From positions 256,001 through 320,000 of the forward strand of contig CAVYXA010000001.1 of assembly GCA_963772365.1 (NCBI GenBank): a stretch of DNA of 64,000 bases, written 5' to 3'. The DNA is from an uncultured Verrucomicrobiae bacterium (GTDB taxonomy: Bacteria; Verrucomicrobiota; Verrucomicrobiia; Chthoniobacterales; UBA10450). Positions 30,991 through 41,589 of this stretch are shown here, piece by piece. Numbering within the stretch: position 1 is the stretch's first letter; every line of letters starts with the position of its first letter. The notes beneath the pieces are model-generated. The model saw only the letters and a program-made list of their open reading frames with translations, was not told the origin of the DNA and did not search any database. Both the position numbers and the translations under genes were made by a program.

Positions 30991-32872
30991 TCGGCTAAAA
31001 AGATGCGGCGCTCGTCACGCTCATTTCGCAACCGCTGGACTTCATCCTGCTGAAAGCGCCCGCGATCATCAAGGAGCGTTTGCGATTCGAACACGGCGCT
31101 CGAGGGGCGCACTCGACGGGCCCATTTTCCCATCGCGAGCTCGGCCGCGCTTTCCAGGGAACGATCGTCCATTGTATAAGTAAACGAGAAATCGGAGAAA
31201 CTGGGCAAAGTTTGGAGCGATTTCCAGGCGTCGAATCGCACGGCGGCGTATGAATCGGTGAGCGTGTAAATGAGGTAGGGATAAAGCCAATCGATGCCTG
31301 CTGCTTGTTGCGCCGGCTGCCAGCCCATTCCCCACGCCACCAGCGCGCGCTGGCCGGCATCGCCTTTGATGATCCAATGCAACTCCCGCCGCGATTCGCT
31401 TTTGATCGTCCGATAAGTTCGTGACCGGGTTGATTGTACCAGTCATGTAATTTATCGGCGGTCCAGGAGAGGGTCTGATTGAGATGGCAAAGATTGCAGG
31501 CATTTGGCCGGCCGAACCGGTGCTCTCACGCACGTTAGGCGACGACACTTGATGACTGCGAATCGCGCGGAGCAATCCGAATGTAGTGTGCGGCATGTGA
31601 CAATTGTAACACCGGCTCCCGGGCGAATTTGCTGCATGATGCGTGTGCTCGGTGATTTTCGCCTGCGAAATTCTTGTGGCATTGCAAGCAGGCGTGATCG
31701 GTCTCCATTTTCGGCGCGAGCTGACCTGATCGCGCCCATTTCTCGAGCGATGCTTTTTGCAAATTCTGCGGATGCATTTCATGACAGGAGATGCAGGAGA
31801 ATTTTCCGCCTTTGAAGCAGGGCGATGCTTCTAAACCGTTGTATTCGCGTCCGGTCACTCGGATCATGCCGTCGCCCCAAAATCGGTTGGCGAAAAAATC
31901 CGGCTCGGTTCTGTGAATGAACTCTTTTTGCTCGGAGTGATCGCGCTGATTTGGTTGGACGACGAAACGTGCTACGAGATCGGAGTGACCGGGCCGGAAT
32001 GTCGATCCCTGCCGGTTGAAATCGATCTTGTGCGATCATGTTGTTGAACGCCCAGATGCTGTGACATTGGCCACAATCCAAGCCCGGCGTGGGGACCGGA
32101 CAGGCGCGAAGGATTCGTGATCGACGAGTCAGATTTGGTGATCAGATGTGTTTTGAATCGCCGAAAGGGATCGTGATTCCGCGCGATATGGTCGCGTCCT
32201 TCGCTGTGGCACGCTTCGCACGCGATTCCGAATTCGGCCACGTGCGTATCCCATTTATTACCGGAAACAAAACGGGATTGGCCCTCCGTTACATGACAAT
32301 CCATGCAGGCGCCATTCCACGCGCCTATCGAGTAATATTCTTTCGTGTCCGGCGGCATGAGAAAGGTTTGCGTAACCGGCGCCCACATTTTTTCGGAGAT
32401 AATGTAGGCGAATGGGAGTTGGTCGAGGGTGCGGCCCTGGCCGGTCTCGAGCCAGAGAATCTGCAAATTGTGCGAACCGGTGAGAAGAACTACCTGGCGA
32501 GGCGGGCCGTATTCGCCGCCTGCAGGCCGGATCCGAACAACGATTTTATCGGCGTCGCGTTCCAATTTGTATTCACGACCGTTGAACGAAAGCTCCACGG
32601 GCCGATCGACATCGAGAATGTTCTCGGGCCTGGCGACCTGAGTCATGGTGCGGTGAAAAGAGGCGTGCCAGCTTTTGTAATTACCAAGGTGGCAAGATCG
32701 ACACGCGTTTGAAGTCGTGTAATTGGCGACAGACGATTGAATTGGCCGATTCTCCGGCGGCTGCGTCTTACTCGACGAAACGCCGAAGTGATAAGAGGGT
32801 CAATAAGAAGGCCAGGCCAATCACGACGATTGCAAACAGCCCATGCCAAAAAAATCGTCTAAAATGCGGCAC
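30987..32872 (-). CDS. Multiheme (8 CxxCH) c-type cytochrome, broken by many frameshifts
   Basis: N-terminal TM, then CRSCH, CMDCH, CEACH, CGQCH, CISCH, CLQCH, CYNCH and CNLCH across successive overlapping frames. Confidence 0.8.
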
Positions 32873-32954
32873 GATCGGATTCCCCTTCAGCGCCGACGAT
32901 AGGAAAATACGAAGTGCGAGCAAAGCGCAATCCGCGGAGCAATTCGACGCCGAG

Positions 32955-32982
32955 TTGCAAACCGCGATTACAAACTTACAAT
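32955..32982 (+). promoter_or_regulatory. Sigma70-like promoter of tRNA-Ala
   Basis: TTGCAA-16-TACAAT, 14 bp before the tRNA. Confidence 0.55.
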
Positions 32983-32996
32983 CTAGCCTCTTACTC

Positions 32997-33069
32997 GGGG
33001 TCGTAGCTCAGTTGGTAGAGCACCACAATGGCATTGTGGGGGTCAGGGGTTCGAATCCCCTCGGCTCCA
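32997..33069 (+). tRNA. tRNA-Ala(GGC), CCA not encoded
   Basis: Cloverleaf; ccaca-atGGCat-tgtgg; G3:U70 pair. Confidence 0.96.
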
Positions 33070-33075
33070 GTCTTC

Positions 33076-33233
33076 GCTCGCGTCGTAGAGGTGAGCGAAG
33101 ACTGTCGCGCCGTAGTTTCAACGAAGGCGGACCTATTGACCTGCTAAACGATTCGCGCGAGCTACGACTCAGCAAGCTAGTGATTGAAAAGCTCGCGTCG
33201 TAGAGGTGAGCGAAGACTGTCGCGCCGTAGTTT
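33076..33233. repeat. 43-bp perfect direct repeat downstream of tRNA-Ala
   Basis: gctcgcgtcgtagaggtgagcgaagactgtcgcgccgtagttt at 33076-33118 and 33191-33233. Confidence 0.9.
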
Positions 33234-33250
33234 TAACAACGTCGTGTGAT

Positions 33251-34060
33251 TTACGGTTTCCGGCTCGGCGCGGGAAACGGCGTGCGGAAAGATACCGGGG
33301 TTGGCGTCGGGGCCATTTTTTGTTTCAGTGCCTTCAAACGCGTTTGAGCATCTGCGTCTCCGGGCTTGAGCTTTAGGATCATCTGGAGATCATCGAGCGC
33401 TTTTTGGTTGTCGTTTAACTGGTTGTAAGCATAAGCCCGGCGCCGGTACGCTTCGGGATCTTTCGGATTTTGCTCGATCACTTTCGTAAAGTCGGCAACC
33501 GCTTCCTTGTATTTCCCAAGACTACGGTAGGCGAAGCCGCGTCGCTCGTGTGCCCGTTCGTCGTTTGGTTCCTGGTCGAGGAGCTTGCCGTAATCCTCGA
33601 CAGCCTTGTTCCAGTTCTTCTTTTGCAGATCGACATAGGCGCGAAGCCGCAGCGCAGATTTATCTTTTGGCTCGATGCTCAGCGCTTTGTCCAGATCGGC
33701 CATTGCCTCATTGATCTTCTTTTGGCTCAACTCTAAGTCGGCGCGGCCGGTATATGCTTCCGCCGATTTCGGTTCCAAGTCGATGACCTTGGAATAATCG
33801 GAGCGGGCCTCGTCCAATTTCTGGACAATTTTGTAAACTAACGCGCGATTGAGATAATTTTTTGGATCGTTTGGCTGCTCCTCAATGGCCTTCGTAAATT
33901 CGTCGATCGCTTCGTCGTACTGCTTGTCGCGGGCATAATGAACTCCACGATTCGTATGCCCGCCGGGATCTTCCGATTTTGCCTGGGCCGGCGGCGACGC
34001 CAGGAAAGGAATCAGCACAAACAAAGAAACCGCGTAAGCTGTGAACTTGTTTGTCTTCAT
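33251..34060 (-). CDS. Secreted TPR-repeat protein
   Basis: Signal peptide and about six TPR units (A..DF.K.IE..P). Confidence 0.88.
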   Translation of the reverse strand: MKTNKFTAYAVSLFVLIPFLASPPAQAKSEDPGGHTNRGVHYARDKQYDEAIDEFTKAIEEQPNDPKNYLNRALVYKIVQKLDEARSDYSKVIDLEPKSAEAYTGRADLELSQKKINEAMADLDKALSIEPKDKSALRLRAYVDLQKKNWNKAVEDYGKLLDQEPNDERAHERRGFAYRSLGKYKEAVADFTKVIEQNPKDPEAYRRRAYAYNQLNDNQKALDDLQMILKLKPGDADAQTRLKALKQKMAPTPTPVSFRTPFPAPSRKP

Positions 34061-34170
34061 ACGTGGAACAATAGCAAAATTGCTCTCTTGCAATAGTTTC
34101 GCATGGAGGCACACATCTGCTCGGCATTTTCTTCCAAGGCAAGTAGTAATTTGAAAATCGCCCTGAGTTG

Positions 34171-34428
34171 TCAGGCAGCGTTGCCACTCGGCAGGGCGGA
34201 TGCTCGCGAAAAAAGCGACCCATACAGCCAAACGTTATCCCGGAATCGCGCGTAAAGCCGCCTATCTAAAAATGCGGGCCAGAATCGGAGCGCGAACAGC
34301 ACCAGCATCAGGAAAAGAAAAACACGGTCGTTATTCCAAAAAGGGCGTAGCCGAGATGTTCGAGCTTGGTTGATGGAGCATGAATGTGGTCTGGTTGGGG
34401 TCAACATAGACTTCCGATCAAATCGCAC
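34171..34428 (-). pseudogene. Possible fragment of a membrane protein gene
   Basis: A hydrophobic segment (VFLFLMLVLFALRFWPAFL), then an early stop. Confidence 0.3.
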
Positions 34429-34488
34429 GACTGTTCCGGGTCGAAATTAGTAGGAATCAATTGCGAACAATATTTTCTCCGAAGGACG

Positions 34489-34871
34489 ATGTGTAATTGG
34501 CTTCGATACATTCTCATCACTGCAATTATTTTCGTGACAGTGGGTTGTGTCAGCACCGCCCCCCGCCGGCTCGACCTCGCAGCGGCGGGCCGTTACAGCC
34601 ATCAAATGCACGATCGTTCTACGAAGAATGGGAGCAGCCTCGCGCGGTCGGTTTGCCTGCCGGACGAGTCTCGGTGCCGGTGAAAGTAGCGATCGATCAT
34701 CAGGGTCGGGTTCTGGATTTCCGAATTGTTAAACACTCCGGTAATGCGAGGATCGACAACTCCATTGCGGCGGTGGGAGGAAAGGTCAGACAAGTCGCGC
34801 CACCTCCGAACACACCGCCCAGCAGGAAGTTTAAGCTCACAATCTTTTTCGAACTCGATGTGAAGCATTAG
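34489..34871 (+). CDS. Lipoprotein with TonB/TolA C-terminal domain; 1-nt frameshift near 34618
   Basis: Leader ending VGC; adding one T gives HDRFYEEWEQP...I...G.V..FRIVK.SGN..ID.S. Confidence 0.7.
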
Positions 34872-34875
34872 AAAG

Positions 34876-34903
34876 TTGACGCAACGCGACGGCACAATAC
34901 TTT
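34876..34903 (+). promoter_or_regulatory. Putative promoter of the fluoride operon
   Basis: TTGACG-16-TACTTT directly before the riboswitch. Confidence 0.5.
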
Positions 34904-34910
34904 GCGACAA

Positions 34911-34970
34911 GGCAATGGAGTTTGCCCTCTCTCGATCTAGAAGAGTAAACCGCGCAAGCTGATGACTCCT
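34911..34970 (+). ncRNA. Fluoride riboswitch (crcB motif)
   Basis: GGCAATGGAGTTTGCC...AAACCGC...GCTGATGACTCCT, with the GGAGT/ACTCC pseudoknot, upstream of crcB. Confidence 0.93.
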
Positions 34971-34992
34971 TCCCAGCGGAAGGAGATTTTTT

Positions 34993-35382
34993 ATGCTCAA
35001 TTACATCTGGATTATGGCGGGCGGCGCAATCGGGACGGCGGCACGGTTCTGGGCTTCCGGATTTGTAGCTCAACGGATCGGCGAGTTTTTCCCATTCGGC
35101 ACTCTCGTCGTGAATGTGACTGGATGCTTTCTTGTCGGTTTCTTTGCCGCAATCACCGATCCTTTAGGGCCATTTCTGGTAACACCGCGGTTTCGGCAAT
35201 TCTTTTTAATCGGCGTCTGCGGCGGTTACACGACATTTTCGTCATTCAGCTTGCAGACTATCGATCTTTTTCAGGATGGCGACTGGCTCAAAGCCGCCTT
35301 AAATACATTGCTTTCATTCGCGTGCTGTCTGATTGCCGTCTGGCTGGGCCGCACCATTGCCCTCGCGCTCGTATCAAGATAG
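34993..35382 (+). CDS. crcB: Fluoride channel Fluc/CrcB
   Basis: GGAIG..AR, P.GTL.VN..G and G.CGGYTTFSSF. Confidence 0.95.
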   Translation: MLNYIWIMAGGAIGTAARFWASGFVAQRIGEFFPFGTLVVNVTGCFLVGFFAAITDPLGPFLVTPRFRQFFLIGVCGGYTTFSSFSLQTIDLFQDGDWLKAALNTLLSFACCLIAVWLGRTIALALVSR

Positions 35383-35391
35383 GAGAAATCA

Positions 35392-35733
35392 ATGACCCTT
35401 CCCAAAGACGCCGTGCTGCTGAGGATTTTCATCGGCGAGAGTGATCGCTACAAACATCGTCCGTTATACGAAGCGATCGTGATGAAAGCGCGCGAGTCGC
35501 AATTGGCAGGAGCGACTGTCTTGCGCGGCCCGATGGGTTTCGGCAAATCGAGCCATCTTCACACCGCAAAAATTCTGCGGCTCTCGATGGATCTTCCGAT
35601 CGTGATTGAAATCGTGGACGGCGAGGAAAAGGTGAATGCGTTCCTTCCTGTTCTGGATGAAATGATGGGCGGCGGTCTGGTCACGATCGAGAAGGCAAAA
35701 GTGATCCGATACCAGCACCAGGAGACAAGTTAA
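35392..35733 (+). CDS. DUF190 PII-like protein
   Basis: LRIFIGESD, AGATVLRG.MGFG and DLPIVIEIVD; typical crcB neighbour. Confidence 0.9.
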   Translation: MTLPKDAVLLRIFIGESDRYKHRPLYEAIVMKARESQLAGATVLRGPMGFGKSSHLHTAKILRLSMDLPIVIEIVDGEEKVNAFLPVLDEMMGGGLVTIEKAKVIRYQHQETS

Positions 35734-35764
35734 ACGAGATGCAGCTTAGGTTCGGGCGAAAGGC

Positions 35765-38434
35765 GTGGCGGCTTCGATTATGGAAGTAGCGTTTTACTGG
35801 AATCGGCGAGTGACCGGACTTTTGCTGGCTACAATCTGCGCCGGTGCTTTCCAGGGCTCGTTCGCTGCCAAACCGCGAAGTTTGGGCGAACAATCGGATG
35901 GAACCTTTCTTGTTCCCACAAACCAAGTCGTCAGCCCGGTGGGAAAGGTTCGACAAATCCCCAACGAATGGCCCAAAGACGTCGCGCTTTCGCCCAATGG
36001 CAAAATCGTGGCGGTGTTAACCCAGAATGCCGTTTACTTGTTTTCCCGGGATGGAGAAGAAATAACGCGAGTAAAAATCGCCGCCGGCCCTCTTGGCCTG
36101 GCCTGGATGCCCGATAGCGGTACGCTGTTCGCCTCCGGCAACAATGGCGAAGTTTACCGTATAGTTACCAAGGGCAAGACGTGGAGCATCGCTAATCCAT
36201 TCTTCATTACCGAAAAACGCGAAACAGGAATAAAACCGCAATCCCGTTTGAACGCCGGCGAACATTTGACGAGACCCACGCTCACAGCGGAAATGCCACT
36301 GATCGACAGCACTGACCTGCATTCGCGTCACGAAGGCAATCCGCAAGTAACGGGATTGGCTGTTTCACGAGACGGTAAGCGTCTTTATGCGGCGCTGGGA
36401 ATGATGAATTCGGTAGTGGTTGTAGATGCAACCGCCGAAAAGTTGATCGCGACGGTTCCAGTGGGCATTGCGCCTTATCGCATCCTGTTGAGTCCGGATG
36501 GGAAAACGCTCATTGTAGGAAACCGTGGCGGACGTCCTCCTCAGGAAAAGGAAGCTAGCGCGCACTCCGCAGGAACGGCGGTTCGGATTGATCGAATGAC
36601 GGGTGCGGCTTTGGCTGGCAGCGTTTCCTTTGTTGATACCAGAACCTTCGTCACAACGGAGATGGAGGCGGGGCGGCAACCTTCGGCCCTGGCGGTCTCA
36701 AGCGACGGTGCCTCTTTGTACGTCGCCAACGCCGACGACGACACAATTCTTTTGGTGGACACAAAAACGAAGAGTGTCCGCCAAACATTGTCATTAACCC
36801 CTGCAAAGGATCCGGGCTTTGGCCAAATGCCCACGGGGTTGACGTTGTCAGAAGATGGGAAATTTCTTTACGCCACGTGCGGCGGCGGGAATTCAGTCGC
36901 CGTCATTTCTCTTTCGAACTTCTCAATCAATGGCTATCTGCCCACCGGTTGGTTCCCCATAGCGCTCGAGGAAGACAAGGGAGAACTATTTGTGATCAGC
37001 AGCAAAGGGATTGGGACACGATCGGTGGGTCATGGCGGCGCGGTCAGCGTCGATCATGGAGTGGGTATCATTCAATTTATCGATCCATCGGATCGGACAG
37101 ATTTAGCCAGACTGACTGCACAAGTCTCGTCAAATAACCGTTGGGGCATGGCAGAATTACCGGCCCGATCGGGAGAGAAACCGGTGCCTGTGCCGGAACG
37201 CGTGGGTGAACCATCTGTATTCAGTCACGTCGTTTACATCATAAAGGAAAATCACACCTACGATCTCGATTTCGGGGATATGCCGGAGGGCAATGGCGAC
37301 AAACAGCTTTGCCTTTTTGGAGAAAACGTGACCCCTAACGAGCACGCGCTCGCCCGACAGTTCGTTTTGCTGGATAATACGTATGCCAGTGGCACGAACT
37401 CTGGCGATGGACATCAATGGACCGATTCGGCCATTGCGAATGCCTATCTGGAACAGAATTTTCGAGCTTATGCCCGGAGTTATCCGGTGACCGGCAACGA
37501 TCCGTTGGCGCGCTCCCCGGCGGGATTCATTTGGAATGCCGCGCTCAGGGCCGGGCAGAGCGTTCGCGTTTATGGCGAGTTTGCAAACCGGCCTCGCATT
37601 ATCGATCCAATCACCGGACGGATGCCTAACTGGACCGAGCTCTGGAAGGATTATCAAACTGGCGGGCACAAATATCACATAACAGCAGATACTGATGACG
37701 CCGTGCTAAACGCGCATCTGAACCCGACGTACATCGGCTTTCCTCTTCTCGCCTCAGATCAATGGCGCGCCGATCAATTCCTGGCTGAGTTGAAAACCTA
37801 CGAACAGTTCAATGCACTTCCCGACCTTTCCATTCTACTTTTGCCTTGCGACCACACCGCTGGCGACAAGCCTGGAATGCCTACGCCGCGTGCCATGGTC
37901 GCCGACAATGATTTTGCCCTGGGCAGAATTGTCGAAGGTCTCTCGCACTCGCGCTTTTGGAAGGAAACGCTGATCCTTGTGATTGAAGATGACGCGCAGT
38001 TCGGGCTCGATCATGTGGATGGTCATCGCACTGTTGCGTTGTGCATTTCACCCTATACCCGCCGAGGAGCAGTTGTGAGCGAGCTTTATAATCATACTTC
38101 CTTTGTTCGGACGATCGAGCTGGTGTTGGGTTTGCCGGCGATGAATCGATTTGATCGCACCGCCACGCCGCTAAGTGCTTGTTTTGCTGGCCAGCCGGAT
38201 TGTCATCCTTACGTGCATGTTCCCAATCGAATACGGTTTGATGAAATGAATCCGGTGTTGCATACGTTACATGGCGAGCGCTTAAAACTTGGTCGGGCTT
38301 CTAACCGATTCGATTTATCGCAACCGGATCGTGCCGACGCGAAGACGATGGCCCTCGCAGCGTGGAACGAGCAGCATCCTAAGCGACGCTTCCCGTGGCA
38401 TTACTTCAAGCCGGCCAAGGACTCCGATGATTAG
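35765..38434 (+). CDS. Secreted YVTN beta-propeller / alkaline-phosphatase-superfamily phosphoesterase
   Basis: Propeller repeats, then HVVYIIKEN.TYD, DHT.G, MVADND.ALG and EDDAQ.G.DHVD.HR; start 35765 or 35780. Confidence 0.85.
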   Translation: MAASIMEVAFYWNRRVTGLLLATICAGAFQGSFAAKPRSLGEQSDGTFLVPTNQVVSPVGKVRQIPNEWPKDVALSPNGKIVAVLTQNAVYLFSRDGEEITRVKIAAGPLGLAWMPDSGTLFASGNNGEVYRIVTKGKTWSIANPFFITEKRETGIKPQSRLNAGEHLTRPTLTAEMPLIDSTDLHSRHEGNPQVTGLAVSRDGKRLYAALGMMNSVVVVDATAEKLIATVPVGIAPYRILLSPDGKTLIVGNRGGRPPQEKEASAHSAGTAVRIDRMTGAALAGSVSFVDTRTFVTTEMEAGRQPSALAVSSDGASLYVANADDDTILLVDTKTKSVRQTLSLTPAKDPGFGQMPTGLTLSEDGKFLYATCGGGNSVAVISLSNFSINGYLPTGWFPIALEEDKGELFVISSKGIGTRSVGHGGAVSVDHGVGIIQFIDPSDRTDLARLTAQVSSNNRWGMAELPARSGEKPVPVPERVGEPSVFSHVVYIIKENHTYDLDFGDMPEGNGDKQLCLFGENVTPNEHALARQFVLLDNTYASGTNSGDGHQWTDSAIANAYLEQNFRAYARSYPVTGNDPLARSPAGFIWNAALRAGQSVRVYGEFANRPRIIDPITGRMPNWTELWKDYQTGGHKYHITADTDDAVLNAHLNPTYIGFPLLASDQWRADQFLAELKTYEQFNALPDLSILLLPCDHTAGDKPGMPTPRAMVADNDFALGRIVEGLSHSRFWKETLILVIEDDAQFGLDHVDGHRTVALCISPYTRRGAVVSELYNHTSFVRTIELVLGLPAMNRFDRTATPLSACFAGQPDCHPYVHVPNRIRFDEMNPVLHTLHGERLKLGRASNRFDLSQPDRADAKTMALAAWNEQHPKRRFPWHYFKPAKDSDD

Positions 38435-39482
38435 CGACAAGGGGATTGGCGTTCAGAAGATAGTTCGCAGCGAGGATCCACCGAACCTGGAGATGCCGTT
38501 TGAGTCACTCGACGCGTTTATTACGCCGACACGATCGTTTTACGTGCGAACACATTTCCCGGTACCGAACATGGACAAGAATCAGTGGCGTCTGCAAGTC
38601 GAAGGCGCGGTAGAGGAACCTTTTGAAATTGGTTACGACGAACTAATCGCGCTGAATGCCAAAAAAGCGCCGGCGACGCTCGAGTGCGCCGGCAACAACC
38701 GAAGTTTTCTCGAACCGAAAGTCAAAGGTGTGCAATGGGGGCTGGGAGCCGTCGGCACAGCGGAGTGGACCGGCGTTCCATTGTCGATCCTGCTCGACAG
38801 AGCGCAGCTAAAACCGAACGTCTGCGAAATTATTCTGGAAGGAGCCGATAGCGGCGAAGTCGACGAGGCAAAGGCACCACGCGGAATCATTCGGTTTGCG
38901 CGCAGCATCCCACTGGAAAAAGCACGGGAGGATGTCCTGCTCGCTTATAAGATGAATGATGTCGATCTTCCCCCCGAGCATGGATTTCCGGTGCGCGCCA
39001 TTGTTCCCGGCTGGTACGCAATGGCGTCGGTAAAATGGCTAACCCGCATCGTCGCAGTTGATCGACCCTTCGGCGGTTATTATCAGACTCTCGATTATGC
39101 GTTTTGGAAAAAGGGCGAGCTGACGCCGATTTCTGAAACTCAGGTGAAAGCCCAGATCGCCCGCCCGATTCAAGGCGAAATTGTGCAGGCAAATTCGTGC
39201 GTTCGCGTTCACGGCGCCGCTTGGAGCAGTAAAGAAATCTCCAAGGTCGAAGTCAGCACCGATGGAGGATCGACATGGAACGAGGCTGCGTTGGCTAAAC
39301 GTTCCGATCCCGGCGCATGGCGGCTTTGGGAACTCGATTGGAAAACACCCGGACCCGGAAAAGCGACTCTAATTGCACGCGCGACAGATTCGAAAGGTCA
39401 AACTCAGCAACTGGAGCGGGACCCGGATCGCGGCACTTACATGATTAACCACTTGCAACCAATCGACGTGGAAGTGCGCTGA
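38427..39482 (+). CDS. Sulfite oxidase-family molybdoenzyme
   Basis: FYVRTH, LECAGN, HGFPVR..VPGWY...VKW; no export signal. Confidence 0.9.
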   Translation: MISDKGIGVQKIVRSEDPPNLEMPFESLDAFITPTRSFYVRTHFPVPNMDKNQWRLQVEGAVEEPFEIGYDELIALNAKKAPATLECAGNNRSFLEPKVKGVQWGLGAVGTAEWTGVPLSILLDRAQLKPNVCEIILEGADSGEVDEAKAPRGIIRFARSIPLEKAREDVLLAYKMNDVDLPPEHGFPVRAIVPGWYAMASVKWLTRIVAVDRPFGGYYQTLDYAFWKKGELTPISETQVKAQIARPIQGEIVQANSCVRVHGAAWSSKEISKVEVSTDGGSTWNEAALAKRSDPGAWRLWELDWKTPGPGKATLIARATDSKGQTQQLERDPDRGTYMINHLQPIDVEVR

Positions 39483-39695
39483 TGTTCCGGGGAAGCGTTT
39501 ACATTCTGCAGACACTTTCAAGCCGAAAGTAATTACTCAACATACACAAATAAGTCTTGTATTTTTCTCCGCTATGTATGTAGTGGGTGCGTTTTTCCGC
39601 CACCTCCATGCTCCCACACCTCCGCTTACTGTGCCTGATTAAGTGACCAGTCCCGTTCCGCCGCTGCGCGGCCACCGGCCTGTCATTTTTCGTCG

Positions 39696-40022
39696 ATGAA
39701 GCAATTGCTCTCATTGTTGCTGTTTGTACTTTCGCTGTCCGGCGGAACGGCTTGCGCATCATGGACGATCGCCTGGGACGCTAATGACCCCAGCGAAAAT
39801 GTAGTGAGCTACTACATTTACGAGCATGTGAATGGAAGTTACGAGCTCGCGGGTGCAATCCCAGCGAACCCGACCCCGACCTACGTGATCAACTGGTTAA
39901 TGGAAGGAACCCACTACTTCGTGGTGACCGCAGTAAGCGCTTATGGCGAAAGCAGCTACAGCAACGAAATCAAAATCGAAGCGAGCAACCCCAAACCCGC
40001 GCCGCTGCCACCGGAAACGTAG
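39696..40022 (+). CDS. Small secreted fibronectin-type-III-like protein
   Basis: Signal peptide; IAWD, YYIY and YFVVTAV...GES.YSNE. Confidence 0.75.
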   Translation: MKQLLSLLLFVLSLSGGTACASWTIAWDANDPSENVVSYYIYEHVNGSYELAGAIPANPTPTYVINWLMEGTHYFVVTAVSAYGESSYSNEIKIEASNPKPAPLPPET

Positions 40023-40102
40023 TGAATTCGATCCTGCCCGCCATCGCACGAACTTGCTGTGGCGAGTTGAACTTGGCAGGCGTCTCGTCTTAACTGAGTC
40101 CG

Positions 40103-41507
40103 ATGTCGCTGGTTTTTAAAACGATTCAAACGGAGGGAATCGCGGAACTTTCCTACCTTGTCGGCGACGATGATGAAGGCATCGCGGCCATTTTCGATCC
40201 GCGAGCAGATGTTGATATTTACATCGATATGGCTCGCGAAGCAGGCGTCGCGATTACTCATATTTTTGAGACGCACATTCACGCCGATCTGGTCAGCGGC
40301 TCGCGTGAACTTTGCGCGCGGGTGGAATCGGCAAAAATTTATAACAGCAGCGAAGGCGGTGCCGAGTACGGTTTCGACCGCGAGAAGGTGGAGGACGGCG
40401 ACCAATTCGAATTCGGCGAAGTCCTAGTGACCGCGCGCCACACGCCGGGACATACGCCGGAGCACATGTCGTATTTGCTGGCTGAAGTCGATCACTCCGA
40501 CGAGCCGTGGGGGATTCTCACCGGCGACTCGCTTTTTGTTTCATCTGCCGGGCGGCCCGATTTGCTAGGCGAAAAGCACACAAAACAACTGGCCGAACAG
40601 CAGTTTCACACGTTGCGCGATTTTTATCTGAAAATGCCCGATCATGTGATGATCTATCCCAATCACGGCGCGGGTTCTCCGTGCGGCGCGGACATCGGCG
40701 CGCGGATGAGCAGTACCGATTGGTTATGAGCGAAAGTTTAATAAGTTTCTCCAGTTCGATGAAGTGAAAACGTTCACTGATTATGCGCTGAGCACCGCGC
40801 CGCCGGTGCCGCATTACTATCCTGTGATGAAGCGGATCAACGCGGACGGACCGAAGATCATCGGCAATCTTCCGCATGTGCCAGGGCTTCCGCCCAAAGC
40901 ATTCAAGGAAGCGATCGAGAAAAAGAAAGGTGTGCTGGTCGATGCTCGAATGATGCTCGCATTCGGCGGCGGTCATATCGGGGGAGCACTCAACATTGGC
41001 GGTTCGCCGATCTTGTCGATTTGGGCTGGATGGATGCTCGATCCGGATAGACCCGTTCTGCTTGTGCTGGAAAGTGATGATGATCTTGAAAAGATAGTGC
41101 GGCTGTTTGTCCGAACCGGTTACACAAAATTTGCCGGTTATCTCGTGGGTGGAATGAAAGCGTGGGACGCGGAAGGATTTCCTATCGAGCGAATCGGACA
41201 AATGAGCGTGCGCGAATTAAATCAGCGCAAGTCGTCAATGCAGATTGTCGATGTTCGCACACCGCGAGAATGGAAAAACGGACACGTTCCAGGCGCGCGT
41301 CACATTTTTGTTCCTGAATTGGAAAAGCGAATCAATGAACTCGATCGAAGCAAACCGACAGCGGTTTATTGCGGCAGCGGGTACCGTTCCAGCATCGCCA
41401 GCAGCATTTTGAAATCGGCTGGCTTCAACGATCTTTGGAATATTCCCGGAAGCTGGGAAGCGTGGAAAAAGGCAAAGCTGCCGGTCGAGGGGGCAGACGG
41501 CAAATGA
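40103..41507 (+). CDS. MBL-fold persulfide dioxygenase-like protein with two rhodanese domains; 1-nt frameshift near 40717
   Basis: ETHIHAD, TPGHTPEH, GRPDL and HGAGS.CG, then GHI.GA and YCGSGYRS; removing one base restores STIGYERKFN. Confidence 0.88.
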
Positions 41508-41589
41508 AGGCAATGCCTGTCGCACTGCGCAGAATCCGTCACATCGCTTTTCGAGAATTCTCCATATGTGGCCACGTGGATTGTAGCCA

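Noticed and set aside
33076..33233. CRISPR array
   Set aside because: Only two 43-bp copies, no cas genes, and the repeat is part of the tRNA trailer.
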